A stretch of 64,000 bases of DNA from an uncultured Candidatus Saccharibacteria bacterium. GTDB lineage: Bacteria > Patescibacteriota > CPR2 > UBA1875 > CAIMLA01. Positions 8,019 to 17,930 of this stretch are shown in pieces (position 1 is the stretch's first letter; every line of letters begins with the position of its first letter). The notes under the pieces were generated by a model. It worked only from the letters and a program-made list of their open reading frames with translations, was not told the origin of the DNA and made no database searches. Both the position numbers and the translations under genes were made by a program. The stretch spans positions 393-64,392 of the forward strand of contig CAZCRI010000001.1 of assembly GCA_964501135.1 (NCBI GenBank), given 5' to 3'.

Positions 8019-9325
8019 ATTTAGATAAAATACTCTCAATTTGTAAAAAACTAATCCCGAAAAAGGTGTTTCGGTTTTTTCAACCTGGCTATCACTGGCT
8101 ACTAGCCGTGTCTGGTAATGTTCGTTATGGGTTTCCGGGCAAGAAGCTAATAGTTATAGGGATTACGGGTACAAACGGGAAGTCTACTACCGCCGAGCTG
8201 ACAAATTCGGTGCTCAAAACGTCAGGATTCAAGACCGGTATGCTCTCTACGGTTTCTTTTGAAATTGCCGGTAAACGGGAAGAGAATACTACCAGTCGAA
8301 CGACTCTTGGTAGATGGCAGTTGCAGAAACGGTTGAGGCAGATGGTGGACGCTGGCTGTACTCATGCCGTCCTTGAAGTGGCGAGTGAGGGTCTGGTGAT
8401 GCACCGCCTTTGGGGGATCCCTTTCGATGTTGCAGTATTTACTAACCTATCTCCAGAGCATCTGAACACTCACAAAACAATGGAAAACTATCGTGAGGCG
8501 AAAGGGTTGTTGTTCGCCGGTCTTGCTAGAAGCATGAACAAAGGTGTTTCCAAGACAATCATTGTGAATGCAGACGACAAGGCAGCCAAGTATTTTTACT
8601 CTTTTGAGGCCGAAAGGAAGATTAGCTACGGTCTGTCGAATGGCGAAATCTGGGCGACCAACATGGTTTTTGGCGAGAAAACTCAATTTGAACTGGTCGA
8701 TGATAATAAGAAACACCTAGTGATCTCGGATTTACCGGCCAAATTTAATATTTATAATATGCTAGCCGCTTACGCTGTGGGCAAGGCTTTGTCCCTAGAG
8801 CCAAAGCAAATTGTCACGGGCCTGGAGAAGGTAAGGGCAGTCCGAGGAAGAATGGAAGAAATTAGTAACTCTCGTGGCATCAAGATCATGATTGACTACG
8901 CAGTAACCCCAGATGCTTTTGAACTACTTTTTACTGAACTCCGTCGTGTCAGTAAGGGACGACTGATTGCTGTTTTCGGTGCTACGGGGGATCGGGATAA
9001 GGAAAAACGTCCACTCCTAGGGCAAGTTGCGGCCAAAATGACGAACTACATCATCCTTACAGATGAAGAATCATATAGCGAAAATCCGGCGGTAATAGTT
9101 GACAGCATCGCTGAGGGTGTGGAGAAAGTGCGTAAATCTAATTACGAGATTATCTTGGATCGACGCGAGGCTCTAAAGCGTGCAATCGAGATTGCTGAAC
9201 CTGGAGATACTGTGGTTGCTACTGGAATGGGACATGAAATGTATCGAAATCTTGGCGGAGATAAAAAGGTAGAGTGGGACGAGGCCGAGGTGATACGAGG
9301 GATCTTAGCAGAACTAAATAAGTAA
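8015..9325 (+). CDS. murE: Mur ligase family protein, MurE-like (UDP-MurNAc-L-Ala-D-Glu: diamino acid ligase)
   Basis: 436 aa; P-loop GITGTNGKSTT; Mur ligase middle and C-terminal domain motif DYAVTPDAF. Confidence 0.75.
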   Translation: MNLDKILSICKKLIPKKVFRFFQPGYHWLLAVSGNVRYGFPGKKLIVIGITGTNGKSTTAELTNSVLKTSGFKTGMLSTVSFEIAGKREENTTSRTTLGRWQLQKRLRQMVDAGCTHAVLEVASEGLVMHRLWGIPFDVAVFTNLSPEHLNTHKTMENYREAKGLLFAGLARSMNKGVSKTIIVNADDKAAKYFYSFEAERKISYGLSNGEIWATNMVFGEKTQFELVDDNKKHLVISDLPAKFNIYNMLAAYAVGKALSLEPKQIVTGLEKVRAVRGRMEEISNSRGIKIMIDYAVTPDAFELLFTELRRVSKGRLIAVFGATGDRDKEKRPLLGQVAAKMTNYIILTDEESYSENPAVIVDSIAEGVEKVRKSNYEIILDRREALKRAIEIAEPGDTVVATGMGHEMYRNLGGDKKVEWDEAEVIRGILAELNK

Positions 9326-9555
9326 TTTCTTTGTCATTTCAACACGAGCGTAAAATCTATACAATTTGCTAAAGAAAAGTGCTCTTGATACTTTTGTCCG
9401 TAGTCACAAAAGTATCCAAAAAGACACTTTAAATGCGTCGAACTGAGGTTCTCCGCAACGGCTAGTCATGTCTATTCATGACTCAATGGTCACCTGTTTG
9501 TTGTGTCATAGCCAAGAAATCAATTTATGGCCGGTTGTTTTGTGCTGGTTTGTGC

Positions 9556-9584
9556 TTGACACAGGGGGTGTCTAGGTGTATTAT
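9556..9584 (+). promoter_or_regulatory. Candidate promoter TTGACA-17-TATTAT upstream of the DHH phosphoesterase gene
   Basis: Consensus -35, 17 nt spacer, near-consensus -10. Confidence 0.4.
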
Positions 9585-9629
9585 TACGAGTCGCATTAAA
9601 TCTGGTGGGTATTAGTTTCGGGAGTCGAT

Positions 9630-11255
9630 ATGGAGTTATCACCAAAGCAGCAAATCGCTGAGCTCGTAAAAAACAACCAGAGAATATTAATCGTTGGGCA
9701 CAAGAACCATGGCGGTGATTGTGTTGGTTCTATGCTTGCCTTGGAGCGCGTTCTAAGCGCTCAGGGAAAAGAAGTTGGGCTTGTACTATCGGAAATGATA
9801 GACCAAACCCTACTGTTTTTGCCGGGCATCGATCGCATTCAGCAGGATGTTCCCGCCCGGGACCTCATAATTCAGATTGATAAAGCCAAGAATGACGTTG
9901 AAAAAATCGGTTACAACGAGGATAACGGCATCCTAAGCATCGTAATCTCACCCAAGGGGAAACTGCTTTCGGCAAAGGACCTAAAAATTCTTGCCGGAAA
10001 CTATAATTACGATTTGATAATTGTTCTCGACACTCCAGATGTAGAGAAGATTGATAGCATTTACGATAAATATACCGAGCTTTTCTTCGAGGTCCCTATC
10101 ATTAATATCGACCACCATAGTGGCAACGACTATTTCGGAACGGTAAACCTTGTAGATATGACAGCAACCTCGACCGCCGAAATCCTGGTTTCAATTATCG
10201 AAGCGATGGGGCCAAATTATTTTGACGCAGACGTTGCAACCTGCCTTTTGACGGGGTTAATTGCCGATACGGCCAGTTTCAAGAGTACAAATACGACCCC
10301 TAAATCACTGACTATTTCGGCCCAGATGCTGGCCGCTGGAGCCAGACAGCAGGAGATTATCCAGAATTTGTACAAGACTAGACCACTGCAGACCCTGAAG
10401 CTTTGGGGAAAGGTCCTTTCCAACATTGTCTATGACCACGAATACCGTATGGTCGTTTCGGTTGTTCCCGAGAGTGATCTTCTCGATGCAAATGCATCAC
10501 CAGAGGCAGTAAGTGGTGTATTAGACGAGCTTTTGGCAAGCGCCCCAGGTACTGATGTGGTTTTGGTTTTGACCGAAGAAAAGAATCGCGTTTATGGGTT
10601 CCTGAAGGGTCTAAATGGCCAGGACGTACTCACTTTGGCTGAGAAATTTGGTGGGCATGGTACTGCGTTGGCAGCTTCCTTTGTACTGCCAAACTCTTCT
10701 ATTGCTCAGAATCGGAATGCAATCCTCGAAAAACTTAAGGGTCTTCGCAATATTCAGCTTGGTAAAGAGAACTTGAAGGCGGCGGAAGCCGTAATTGCTA
10801 CCCCACATACCGCGAAGAGCGTTCATCCAAAGGTAGTGGAAAATCCGTCACGCGTCACAGAACACGAGAAGGTTGTCGTAGAGGTTGATTTGAAAGCCAA
10901 GAGCTTCGAAGACCTCAACGAGCTACTATCAATTGAAAAGTCTATGGAGTCGGAACACATCGTAGAGGATGAGCCAATTTATGAAGAGTTATTTACAGAG
11001 AAACCACTTGTCGTAGAGAAGGTAGAAACAGTCCCAGTGGGTGATGACATCGAAAAAGCCCTCCAGTCAATCGATCTCGAGATCGAGAGTGGCGGTACTC
11101 CAAAGAATGAAGTGACGCCGAATATTGACGTTGAGGATGTGAAAGATAAGAAAGAAGCGTTGCGTCAGCTGGGCGATGTGATGCGCGGATATACACCAGG
11201 GAAAGCCCTAGACGAAAAGGGCAACCAACCAATAGACGCTAAACTCTGGAAGTAA
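9630..11255 (+). CDS. DHH/DHHA1 phosphoesterase (NrnA-like oligoribonuclease/pAp phosphatase) with long acidic C-terminal extension
   Basis: DHH motif (NIDHHSGNDYFG) and GGH motif (FGGHGTALA). About 200 extra low-complexity E/K/D-rich C-terminal residues. Confidence 0.7.
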   Translation: MELSPKQQIAELVKNNQRILIVGHKNHGGDCVGSMLALERVLSAQGKEVGLVLSEMIDQTLLFLPGIDRIQQDVPARDLIIQIDKAKNDVEKIGYNEDNGILSIVISPKGKLLSAKDLKILAGNYNYDLIIVLDTPDVEKIDSIYDKYTELFFEVPIINIDHHSGNDYFGTVNLVDMTATSTAEILVSIIEAMGPNYFDADVATCLLTGLIADTASFKSTNTTPKSLTISAQMLAAGARQQEIIQNLYKTRPLQTLKLWGKVLSNIVYDHEYRMVVSVVPESDLLDANASPEAVSGVLDELLASAPGTDVVLVLTEEKNRVYGFLKGLNGQDVLTLAEKFGGHGTALAASFVLPNSSIAQNRNAILEKLKGLRNIQLGKENLKAAEAVIATPHTAKSVHPKVVENPSRVTEHEKVVVEVDLKAKSFEDLNELLSIEKSMESEHIVEDEPIYEELFTEKPLVVEKVETVPVGDDIEKALQSIDLEIESGGTPKNEVTPNIDVEDVKDKKEALRQLGDVMRGYTPGKALDEKGNQPIDAKLWK

Positions 11256-11344
11256 TTGAGCCGAGATAGGGGCCCATATGGCCCTGATTGTCTGCTCAAT
11301 TCTGGGTTAGACTGATCCTGTACAATTCGAAACGAGGAGGGAAG

Positions 11345-11659
11345 ATGCCTGTTAACCTGAGTACCGAAGAGCTCCGGACCATGGGTGAATTGCCCCTAGG
11401 ATCTAGGGTGTATCTGCTTTGCGACGAAGTGGAACTCGTTGGTTCTCTCGACGAAAGTGAGCAGAACCCGGAGGGCGTGACGAGGATCCTCGTTGGCGAC
11501 ATCACCTTCCTTAGCGGGAGGGTAGAGCTTTCCGAGAAGGGACGTCATACGTTCTGTCTCGGTAAGGAGAGCGCTACTTTGGTCACTCTCTCGGGAGGGG
11601 CCAAGTATCGGTGTGAAATGCCGAAGATCGTGGTTACGTTCGAATACCCGACGACCTAA
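11345..11659 (+). CDS. Hypothetical protein (GC-rich islet 1, gene 1)
   Basis: ATG preceded by AGGAGGG RBS; about 60 % GC coding sequence unlike its surroundings. Confidence 0.4.
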   Translation: MPVNLSTEELRTMGELPLGSRVYLLCDEVELVGSLDESEQNPEGVTRILVGDITFLSGRVELSEKGRHTFCLGKESATLVTLSGGAKYRCEMPKIVVTFEYPTT

Positions 11660-11666
11660 GGATTAG

Positions 11667-11927
11667 GTGATCGACTTGAAGAAGCGGCTATATATGGCCT
11701 TTGCGAAGAAGGAAGGCCGCGTGCTTTACGTGCTGGCCTTGGTGCGTACTGGCAGGGAGTTTTACTCAGACGGCGAGAACGCTTTGCGGCGACTCGCCGA
11801 GAGGTGTGGCCTGCCCGCCGGCACGACCTTGCAGATCACAAGCGAGATGTTGGAGGTCGACGAAAGTACTTCCTTCGGGCCCTCCAACGCTTTCTTGGGC
11901 ATCGAGTGCTTTTGGAAGGAGGTGTAG
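11667..11927 (+). CDS. Hypothetical protein (GC-rich islet 1, gene 2; GTG start per ORF track)
   Basis: 86 aa ORF co-directional with its neighbours; start codon uncertain (alternative ATG at 11694). Confidence 0.3.
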   Translation: MIDLKKRLYMAFAKKEGRVLYVLALVRTGREFYSDGENALRRLAERCGLPAGTTLQITSEMLEVDESTSFGPSNAFLGIECFWKEV

Positions 11928-11929
11928 CC

Positions 11930-12208
11930 ATGCGAAAGCTATTCTGGATGGCCGCGCTCGTTATGGGCGGTTGTGTCTTCTACCTCGGAAGGTCCGGGGC
12001 GAAGATGGGCCGAGGCTATCTCGAGAACGACACCGAACCGCACGAAGGCGAACCGCCGAAGGATTTCGAGGCTCGTCGAGCGCGTGAGGTAGGAACCGGT
12101 GAGGCCTCTATTCTCGCCGGTAACGTCGTGTCGGTCGCGGGATTCGCGATTCCGGTCATTGTGATCGGACTCTACGAACGTCTCAGCGCCGTACTGCGAC
12201 TAAAGTGA
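11930..12208 (+). CDS. Hypothetical small membrane protein (2 TM; GC-rich islet 1, gene 3)
   Basis: Internal ATG of track ORF 11804..12208, preceded by GGAGGTG RBS; two hydrophobic helices. Confidence 0.4.
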   Translation: MRKLFWMAALVMGGCVFYLGRSGAKMGRGYLENDTEPHEGEPPKDFEARRAREVGTGEASILAGNVVSVAGFAIPVIVIGLYERLSAVLRLK

Positions 12209-12222
12209 AGGGAGGACACTGC

Positions 12223-12354
12223 ATGAACAGCGATTCCCTGAAGCCGTGGCTGGTTTGCGCTGTGATAGCGTTTGCTGTCACTCTGCCTTACCTTCGCTTC
12301 CTCGGGGCTAAATGGCGCGAACTTCAGGAGCGTCTCGAACCCGAGGAGTACTAG
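12223..12354 (+). CDS. Small membrane protein, 43 aa (GC-rich islet 1, gene 4; below the ORF-track length cut-off)
   Basis: ATG preceded by AAGGGAGGA RBS; MNSDSLKPWLVCAVIAFAVTLPYLRFLGAKWRELQERLEPEEY; one TM helix. Confidence 0.3.
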   Translation: MNSDSLKPWLVCAVIAFAVTLPYLRFLGAKWRELQERLEPEEY

Positions 12355-12382
12355 CAGGAAAGGCGAGAGATAGCGTTGGGAG

Positions 12383-12592
12383 GTGTTTCACGTGGAACCT
12401 AGCTTGGGGACCAAGCTGATCGTTGCTGCTATTCAGCTGTTCCTTACAGCGGTAGTTGTGGCCGGGTTGATGCTCGTTATCTACAACCCGAAAGGATCAA
12501 CCGGGAGACGTATCGGATTCGTCCTCATGGGCTCTGTCTGGGCGGTCATGGTGGGGGTTCCACTCTACCTGACCTTCTTTCCAGGTGCCTAG
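12383..12592 (+). CDS. Hypothetical small membrane protein (2 TM; GC-rich islet 1, gene 5)
   Basis: GTG start in ORF track (an alternative GTG at 12392 has better GGAGGTG spacing); two TM helices. Confidence 0.35.
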   Translation: MFHVEPSLGTKLIVAAIQLFLTAVVVAGLMLVIYNPKGSTGRRIGFVLMGSVWAVMVGVPLYLTFFPGA

Positions 12593-12631
12593 CACCAGAG
12601 GTCTGACTGTGGCGTGGAAGGAGGTGTAAGC

Positions 12632-12958
12632 GTGAAAGAGTTCGTAGATGTCACTGACTCGAATTTCGAGCAGACCGTACTTGCGAGCAAGGAGCCTTTC
12701 GTCCTCGACTTCTGGGCGCCTTGGTGCGGCCCGTGCCGCATGATGGTTCCTGCATACAAGGAAGTACTCGGGGAGTTCCCTGGGCTCCGCATGGGACGGC
12801 TGAACGTCGACGAGTCGGTGGCTGTCATCACGAAGTACGACATCTTGTCGATTCCGACGATTCTGGTCTTCGTTGACGGCCAGGTCGTCAAGAAGCTTGT
12901 TGGCGCGATGCCGAAGAGGCGTCTTCTGGAGGAGCTCGCTCCCTGGCTTCCTGCCTAA
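12632..12958 (+). CDS. trxA: Thioredoxin
   Basis: WAPWCGPCR active site. GTG start with GAAGGAGGTG RBS (the track ORF begins at an upstream in-frame M). GC-rich. Confidence 0.75.
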   Translation: MKEFVDVTDSNFEQTVLASKEPFVLDFWAPWCGPCRMMVPAYKEVLGEFPGLRMGRLNVDESVAVITKYDILSIPTILVFVDGQVVKKLVGAMPKRRLLEELAPWLPA

Positions 12959-13112
12959 CAAGACGGTTGAGGTGGTGGACCCGTGACAGGACCGGGCCAC
13001 CAAGGGTCATGCGGCCAAGATGCAATTGCGTTTTGGCCGCTTATCGTATCTGAATGTTTCCTAGAGAATAACTAAATGCAATTAATATTAATTAAGTAAG
13101 TATAATAGGTTT

Positions 13113-13811
13113 ATGAATAAGATTTTACTAATAGACAAACCCGCGGGCTGGACTAGTTTTGATGTGGTTGCAAAGATTCGGGGCGCAGCAAATGCGGCAG
13201 CTAAGTCGGCGGGACTTCCGAAGACAAAACACGGAGTGAAAGTGGGGCACGCTGGTACTCTAGACCCTTTTGCTACGGGTCTACTGATTGTGCTTGTGGG
13301 TAAAGAGAATACGGCCAAGCAAGATACATTTATGAAGCAAGACAAAGAATACGAGGCTACTCTAAGGTTTGGGTATACAAGTACGACGGGAGATCCAGAG
13401 GGGGTTGTCGAGAAAACGGCTAGAGAGACTACCCAGTATTCCGTAGAACAAATTGAGCAGGCCCTAAAATCATTCAAGGGGAAAATTAGTCAGATCCCTC
13501 CTATATTCAGTGCTATAAAAGTAGCTGGTAAGCGGGCATATAAACTAGCTAGAGCTGGCGAAACGCCAGAAATGAAACCACGCCTAGTCACTATTCATTC
13601 TTTGAAGATTGAGAATTACGAATACCCAGAATTGAAACTTACCGTGCAATGCTCATCGGGTACCTACATACGAACTTTAGCCGAGGATATTGGTAAAGCG
13701 CTGGGTTGTGGGGCGTACGTGACAGCTTTGCGAAGAACTAAGATTGGCGAATTCAGTATTAATGAATCAGTTAGCGTTGAAGAGGCCGTTGCTACACTCA
13801 CTGCTACTTGA
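13113..13811 (+). CDS. truB: tRNA pseudouridine(55) synthase TruB
   Basis: 232 aa; catalytic Asp motif (GHAGTLDPFATGLLIVLVG). Leaderless-type promoter (TATAAT, 6 nt, ATG). Confidence 0.85.
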   Translation: MNKILLIDKPAGWTSFDVVAKIRGAANAAAKSAGLPKTKHGVKVGHAGTLDPFATGLLIVLVGKENTAKQDTFMKQDKEYEATLRFGYTSTTGDPEGVVEKTARETTQYSVEQIEQALKSFKGKISQIPPIFSAIKVAGKRAYKLARAGETPEMKPRLVTIHSLKIENYEYPELKLTVQCSSGTYIRTLAEDIGKALGCGAYVTALRRTKIGEFSINESVSVEEAVATLTAT

Positions 13812-13836
13812 AAAATATGACAAAATACGCTATAAT
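13808..13836 (+). promoter_or_regulatory. Promoter of rpsO (TTGAAA-17-TATAAT)
   Basis: Near-consensus -35, 17 nt spacer, consensus -10, followed by a roughly 65 nt leader. Confidence 0.55.
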
Positions 13837-13902
13837 CTAGATATAAATTAAGTAACACCCTCTCTGGTGTAGGCACTTCGAGACGGGCAAGAAGGAGCCA
13901 AA

Positions 13903-14172
13903 ATGGCAATCCAAAAAGAAGAAAAAGAAAAGATCGTCAAGGAGATCGGACGCAGCGACAAGGACACTGGTTCCCCAGAGGTTCAAGTGGCTATTTTTAC
14001 TGAGAAGATTAAGCAGCTCACCGATCACCTTAAGACTCATAAGAAAGACGAGCACAGCCGTCGCGGACTACTCAAGATGGTTGGTAAACGTCGCCGACTG
14101 CTCGACTACCTTTCAAAGAAAAACAAGGATGCTTACGAGCTAATCATTAAAAAGCTCGGCCTTCGCAAATAA
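13903..14172 (+). CDS. rpsO: 30S ribosomal protein S15
   Basis: 89 aa; typical S15 sequence, followed by a hairpin and then pnp. Confidence 0.9.
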   Translation: MAIQKEEKEKIVKEIGRSDKDTGSPEVQVAIFTEKIKQLTDHLKTHKKDEHSRRGLLKMVGKRRRLLDYLSKKNKDAYELIIKKLGLRK

Positions 14173-14297
14173 TATACTGATAAGGGCCTCTATATGGGGC
14201 CCTAATTAGTACATTAAGTAAAATCGGATAGGAAACAGAGACAGGAAGACTACAAAAGCCTTCTTACCCTGGCTCCTATCCCAAAGGAAGGAGCAAT

Positions 14298-16403
14298 ATG
14301 AGCTCAAAGAACAAAGTTTCGACATTCGAAACTGATTTTAACGGGACAAAGATGTCCTTTGAAGTAGGCAAGATGGGTCTACTCGCCGATGGTGCCGTTG
14401 TAGTTCGCTACAATGATTCTGTCGTGCTCGCTACAGTTGTGGTAGCAAAGAAAGCCAAGGAAGGACAAAGTTTCTTCCCACTTTCGGTTGAATTCCAGGA
14501 TAAGTGGTACGCCACAGGAAAGATCAGTGGATCTCGCTTCATCAAGCGTGAGGGTCGTCCTTCGGAGTTGGCAATGCTACGCTCTCGTATGATTGACCGC
14601 CCAATTCGTCCAATGTTTCCAAAAGGCTATTTGAACGAAGTTCAGATTATTGTATCCCCTTTGTCTTTGGATCTGACAATTGACCCAGCAGTATTGGGGC
14701 TCAATGCCGCCTCAGCCGCTCTTATGCTAACCGGCGCACCCTTTGAGGGACCTCTCGGGGCAGTTCGTATTGGGCAGGTAGATGGTAAATTTATCATCAA
14801 CCCAACTAAGGAAGAGGAAGAAGCAAGCGAGCTAGATCTGCTTGTAGCAGGTTCAGCAGAAGCAATTACTATGATTGAGGGTGGTGCACAGCAGATTCCA
14901 GAAGATCGAATCGTGGAAGCACTTGAGCTTGCACACAAGGCTTTGCAGCCAGCGATTGAAGTTCAAAAGCAGATGGTAAAAGCACTAGACGTTAAGGCGA
15001 AGGAGTTTTCTCTACAGCTTCCAGACGAGGGTGCTTACAAGGCAGTTTCTGAATATCTTTCTACTAAGCTTGGTGAAGCAATCCGTCATAGCGACAAGAT
15101 TGCACGAAATCTAATTCTCGCTGATCTTGAAGATGAGGTACAAGTCGAATTTGATGATAAATATGAAGATGCAGACATCTCGGAATCATTTGAAAAGGTA
15201 ATTAAATCCGAGGTACGTCGCTCTGTACTCGAAGACGGGATTCGTCCTGACCATAGAGCCATGGATCAAGTTCGTGACCTATCGGCTGAGGTCGGTGTGT
15301 TGCCAAGAACTCATGGTAGTGGACTTTTCCAGCGTGGGCAGACTCAGATTCTCTCGATAGTTACCCTAGCCTCACCTTCGAAGGCTCAACTTGTAGAGAG
15401 TATGGATCAGGAATTCAGCAAACGATATATGCACCACTACATCGATACACCAGCTAGCTATGGTGATACAGGGCGTATCGGCGCAGGTCGTCGGGCCATC
15501 GGCCACGGTTTCCTTGCCGAGAAATCGCTAGAGGCCGTACTCCCAGACGAGAAGGATTTCCCTTACACAATCCGTGTTGCTTCGGAGATTCTAAGCTGTA
15601 ATGGCTCTAGCTCGATGGGTTCAGTTTGTGGTTCATCGTTGGCACTAATGGATGCCGGCGTACCACTAAAGGCATCAGTTGCCGGTATTGCGATGGGGCT
15701 TATGACTACAGATGGTGATCTCTCCAAGAAATATGAAATCCTTACTGATATTCAGGGAGCCGAGGACTTCGCGGGGGATATGGACTTTAAACTAGCCGGT
15801 ACCCGCGCTGGTGTTACCGCAGTACAGATGGACATTAAGGTAAAAGGTCTTACTATCGACTTCCTCAAGGAAGTAATCAAGCGCGCTACTACGGCGAGAG
15901 CCGAGATTCTAGACGTCATGGATGCAGCGATTAAAGCACCCAAAGCAGAACTTTCCAAGTACGCCCCAAGACTTACTTCATTCCAGATCAATCCAGAGAA
16001 GATTCGTGAAGTTATTGGTAAAGGCGGTGAGGTTATCAACAAGATTATTGCTGAAACTGGAGTTGAAATCGACATCGATGACGACGGTACCGTGGTGGTT
16101 GCTGCTGTTGACGGTGAAGCTGCAGATAAGGCGGTTGCTTGGATCCAATCAATTGTCGCAGAGCCAGAAGTAGGTAAAATCTACGACGGACGAGTTGTTA
16201 AACTGATGGACTTCGGCGCTTTCGTAGAATTTATGCCGGGGAAAGAAGGTTTGGTACACGTCTCACAGATTAGCAATGATCGAGTAGAAAAAGTCTCGGA
16301 CGTTCTGAAGGAAGGGCAAGAAGTACGCGTAAAGCTTACCGAAATCGATTCCCAAGGACGCAAAAACCTGTCGATGAAGGCAGCACTACCAAAAGAGAAA
16401 TAA
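14298..16403 (+). CDS. pnp: Polynucleotide phosphorylase (PNPase)
   Basis: 701 aa; two RNase PH domains plus KH and S1 C-terminal domains; conserved rpsO-pnp synteny. Confidence 0.95.
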   Translation: MSSKNKVSTFETDFNGTKMSFEVGKMGLLADGAVVVRYNDSVVLATVVVAKKAKEGQSFFPLSVEFQDKWYATGKISGSRFIKREGRPSELAMLRSRMIDRPIRPMFPKGYLNEVQIIVSPLSLDLTIDPAVLGLNAASAALMLTGAPFEGPLGAVRIGQVDGKFIINPTKEEEEASELDLLVAGSAEAITMIEGGAQQIPEDRIVEALELAHKALQPAIEVQKQMVKALDVKAKEFSLQLPDEGAYKAVSEYLSTKLGEAIRHSDKIARNLILADLEDEVQVEFDDKYEDADISESFEKVIKSEVRRSVLEDGIRPDHRAMDQVRDLSAEVGVLPRTHGSGLFQRGQTQILSIVTLASPSKAQLVESMDQEFSKRYMHHYIDTPASYGDTGRIGAGRRAIGHGFLAEKSLEAVLPDEKDFPYTIRVASEILSCNGSSSMGSVCGSSLALMDAGVPLKASVAGIAMGLMTTDGDLSKKYEILTDIQGAEDFAGDMDFKLAGTRAGVTAVQMDIKVKGLTIDFLKEVIKRATTARAEILDVMDAAIKAPKAELSKYAPRLTSFQINPEKIREVIGKGGEVINKIIAETGVEIDIDDDGTVVVAAVDGEAADKAVAWIQSIVAEPEVGKIYDGRVVKLMDFGAFVEFMPGKEGLVHVSQISNDRVEKVSDVLKEGQEVRVKLTEIDSQGRKNLSMKAALPKEK

Positions 16404-16431
16404 TTAGCAATATTTGCGAGTAGCTAAAAAA

Positions 16432-16455
16432 AGAGGCCAGACGGCCTCTTTTTTG
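16432..16455 (+). terminator. Rho-independent terminator after pnp (AGAGGCC-agac-GGCCTCT plus T6)
   Basis: Perfect 7 bp GC-rich stem followed by TTTTTT. Confidence 0.75.
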
Positions 16456-16484
16456 ATAAGATATGTTTAGCTAAGGAGAAAAGT

Positions 16485-17156
16485 ATGGAAGTAAATGATA
16501 TGGGTAGCCCAGAAGCTGCCGAGTTGGGTATCGAGCGTACTGGGGCAGAGGGTGATAAGTTCGAACCGGAAGAGCTTAAAGAAATCGGAAAAATCGTCGA
16601 TCAGATATATGACGAGAATGATAATTTGTTGCCAGAGGAAGTACTGGCAGAAATGAAGCCGAATCCCCTAAATGAGCTTGTGAATAACCACTGTGATTAT
16701 GACTGGGCGTACAGAATCGGCGCAAAAAAGAGTGAAATGCTCAGATATATTGCTGAACAAAAGAAAGTCCCGGGAGTAACGGAAACCCATTCGGATGTTG
16801 AGGGTACCGCGGGAAACGAGCATGAAAAGCACAATATTCGCATTCCACTTCAAAAGAACTATCCCATAGAAGTAATAACCTCAGAGTCTAAGATCATGTT
16901 TGTGCGCGATGATGGAGCAAAGAGTGGTCTCCGTATAGAGCTATATGGCCTGGAAACTGGTGCCAAAATCAAAGAAGTCCCCTTCGAAGAAGGTGTAAAT
17001 ACGATAGAGGCCGAGGGTATTCCGAGTATTACTGTAGAAGTTGGCAAGATAACACCAGGCGCTAAGTCGGTGGATGTCTCTATATACCAGGAAGCTGTTG
17101 ATGTAAGGGATTTGAATGAGAAGAATTCCCAAGTCGAACTTCCCGATGCTGCTTAG
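16485..17156 (+). CDS. Hypothetical acidic protein
   Basis: 223 aa ORF with AAGGAG RBS; no family recognised. Confidence 0.5.
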   Translation: MEVNDMGSPEAAELGIERTGAEGDKFEPEELKEIGKIVDQIYDENDNLLPEEVLAEMKPNPLNELVNNHCDYDWAYRIGAKKSEMLRYIAEQKKVPGVTETHSDVEGTAGNEHEKHNIRIPLQKNYPIEVITSESKIMFVRDDGAKSGLRIELYGLETGAKIKEVPFEEGVNTIEAEGIPSITVEVGKITPGAKSVDVSIYQEAVDVRDLNEKNSQVELPDAA

Positions 17157-17190
17157 TCTACAGAATAGCGAAATAGGTAATTTCGTACTC

Positions 17191-17916
17191 CTATTCTCGT
17201 AACATTAATATGTTTGCGAAACGTCCTGTGACTCTGTCATCTGCGCGGTAAGAGAAAAAAATATCATTATCACAAGAGGTGCAAATCCTGGATTCTTCGA
17301 TGTTTTCCGGCTTAACGCCGGCTGCTAGTAATTGTTCTTTGATCAAGCCTGGCAAATCCATGTCGTAGCAGCAGGGGTAGATACAGGGACCGATACCGAC
17401 AACCAAGTTCTCTGCACATGAGCCGTAAGTGTCATGCATTGCTTCCATTGTTTTGAGGGTAATTTCAGCTTCTGAACCTTTGCGTCCGGCATGGGCAACT
17501 CCGATGGCCTGGTTTTTGGGGTCGTAAAGCGAAACCGCAGCGCAGTCGGCAGTTTGAATCATCAAGGGTACTCCGGGGACGTTTGTAATAAGAGAATCAG
17601 TGCCTGGAATGGCATCTGCGAGTGATTTGGCGCCCCTGCCTGCGGTTTTAGCATTGATTACCGCTACTTGTGCGCCATGCACTTGTTCACCACAGGTGAA
17701 GGCATCCGCATCAATCAGAATGGCGTCTGCAAGTAACTTACGATTTTCCAGAACATGTTCTGGAGTGTCTCCTACGTGAAAGGCAATGTTTAGGCTGCCG
17801 TACTCACCTTGGCTCATCCCACCTAGACGCGACAATGCAAAATTCAGTACCTCTGGATATCTGTCAAAAATATTGAAGTAATAGGTGGTTATATTGTCGT
17901 TTGTAGTCGATTTCAT
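17191..17916 (-). CDS. pgeF: Purine nucleoside phosphorylase / laccase-domain protein PgeF (YfiH, DUF152) family
   Basis: 241 aa; conserved His/Cys/His motifs (QVHG...TADCA...GVAHAGRKG). Confidence 0.75.
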   Translation of the reverse strand: MKSTTNDNITTYYFNIFDRYPEVLNFALSRLGGMSQGEYGSLNIAFHVGDTPEHVLENRKLLADAILIDADAFTCGEQVHGAQVAVINAKTAGRGAKSLADAIPGTDSLITNVPGVPLMIQTADCAAVSLYDPKNQAIGVAHAGRKGSEAEITLKTMEAMHDTYGSCAENLVVGIGPCIYPCCYDMDLPGLIKEQLLAAGVKPENIEESRICTSCDNDIFFSYRADDRVTGRFANILMLRE

Positions 17917-17930
17917 ACTATAATATTAGC

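Noticed and set aside
9396-9484. Perfect hairpins in the 300 bp murE-nrnA intergenic region (GATACTTTTGT/ACAAAAGTATC at 9396-9426 and AGTCATG/CATGACT at 9465-9484) as a possible sRNA
   Set aside because: There is no promoter/terminator pair defining a transcript and no recognisable ncRNA motif. Noted only; could be checked with RNA-seq
12497-13003. 168 aa and 100 aa minus-strand ORFs overlapping the thioredoxin gene
   Set aside because: High GC content of islet 1 suppresses stop codons on all frames. The plus-strand thioredoxin, with its WCGPC active site and GGAGG RBS, is clearly the real gene
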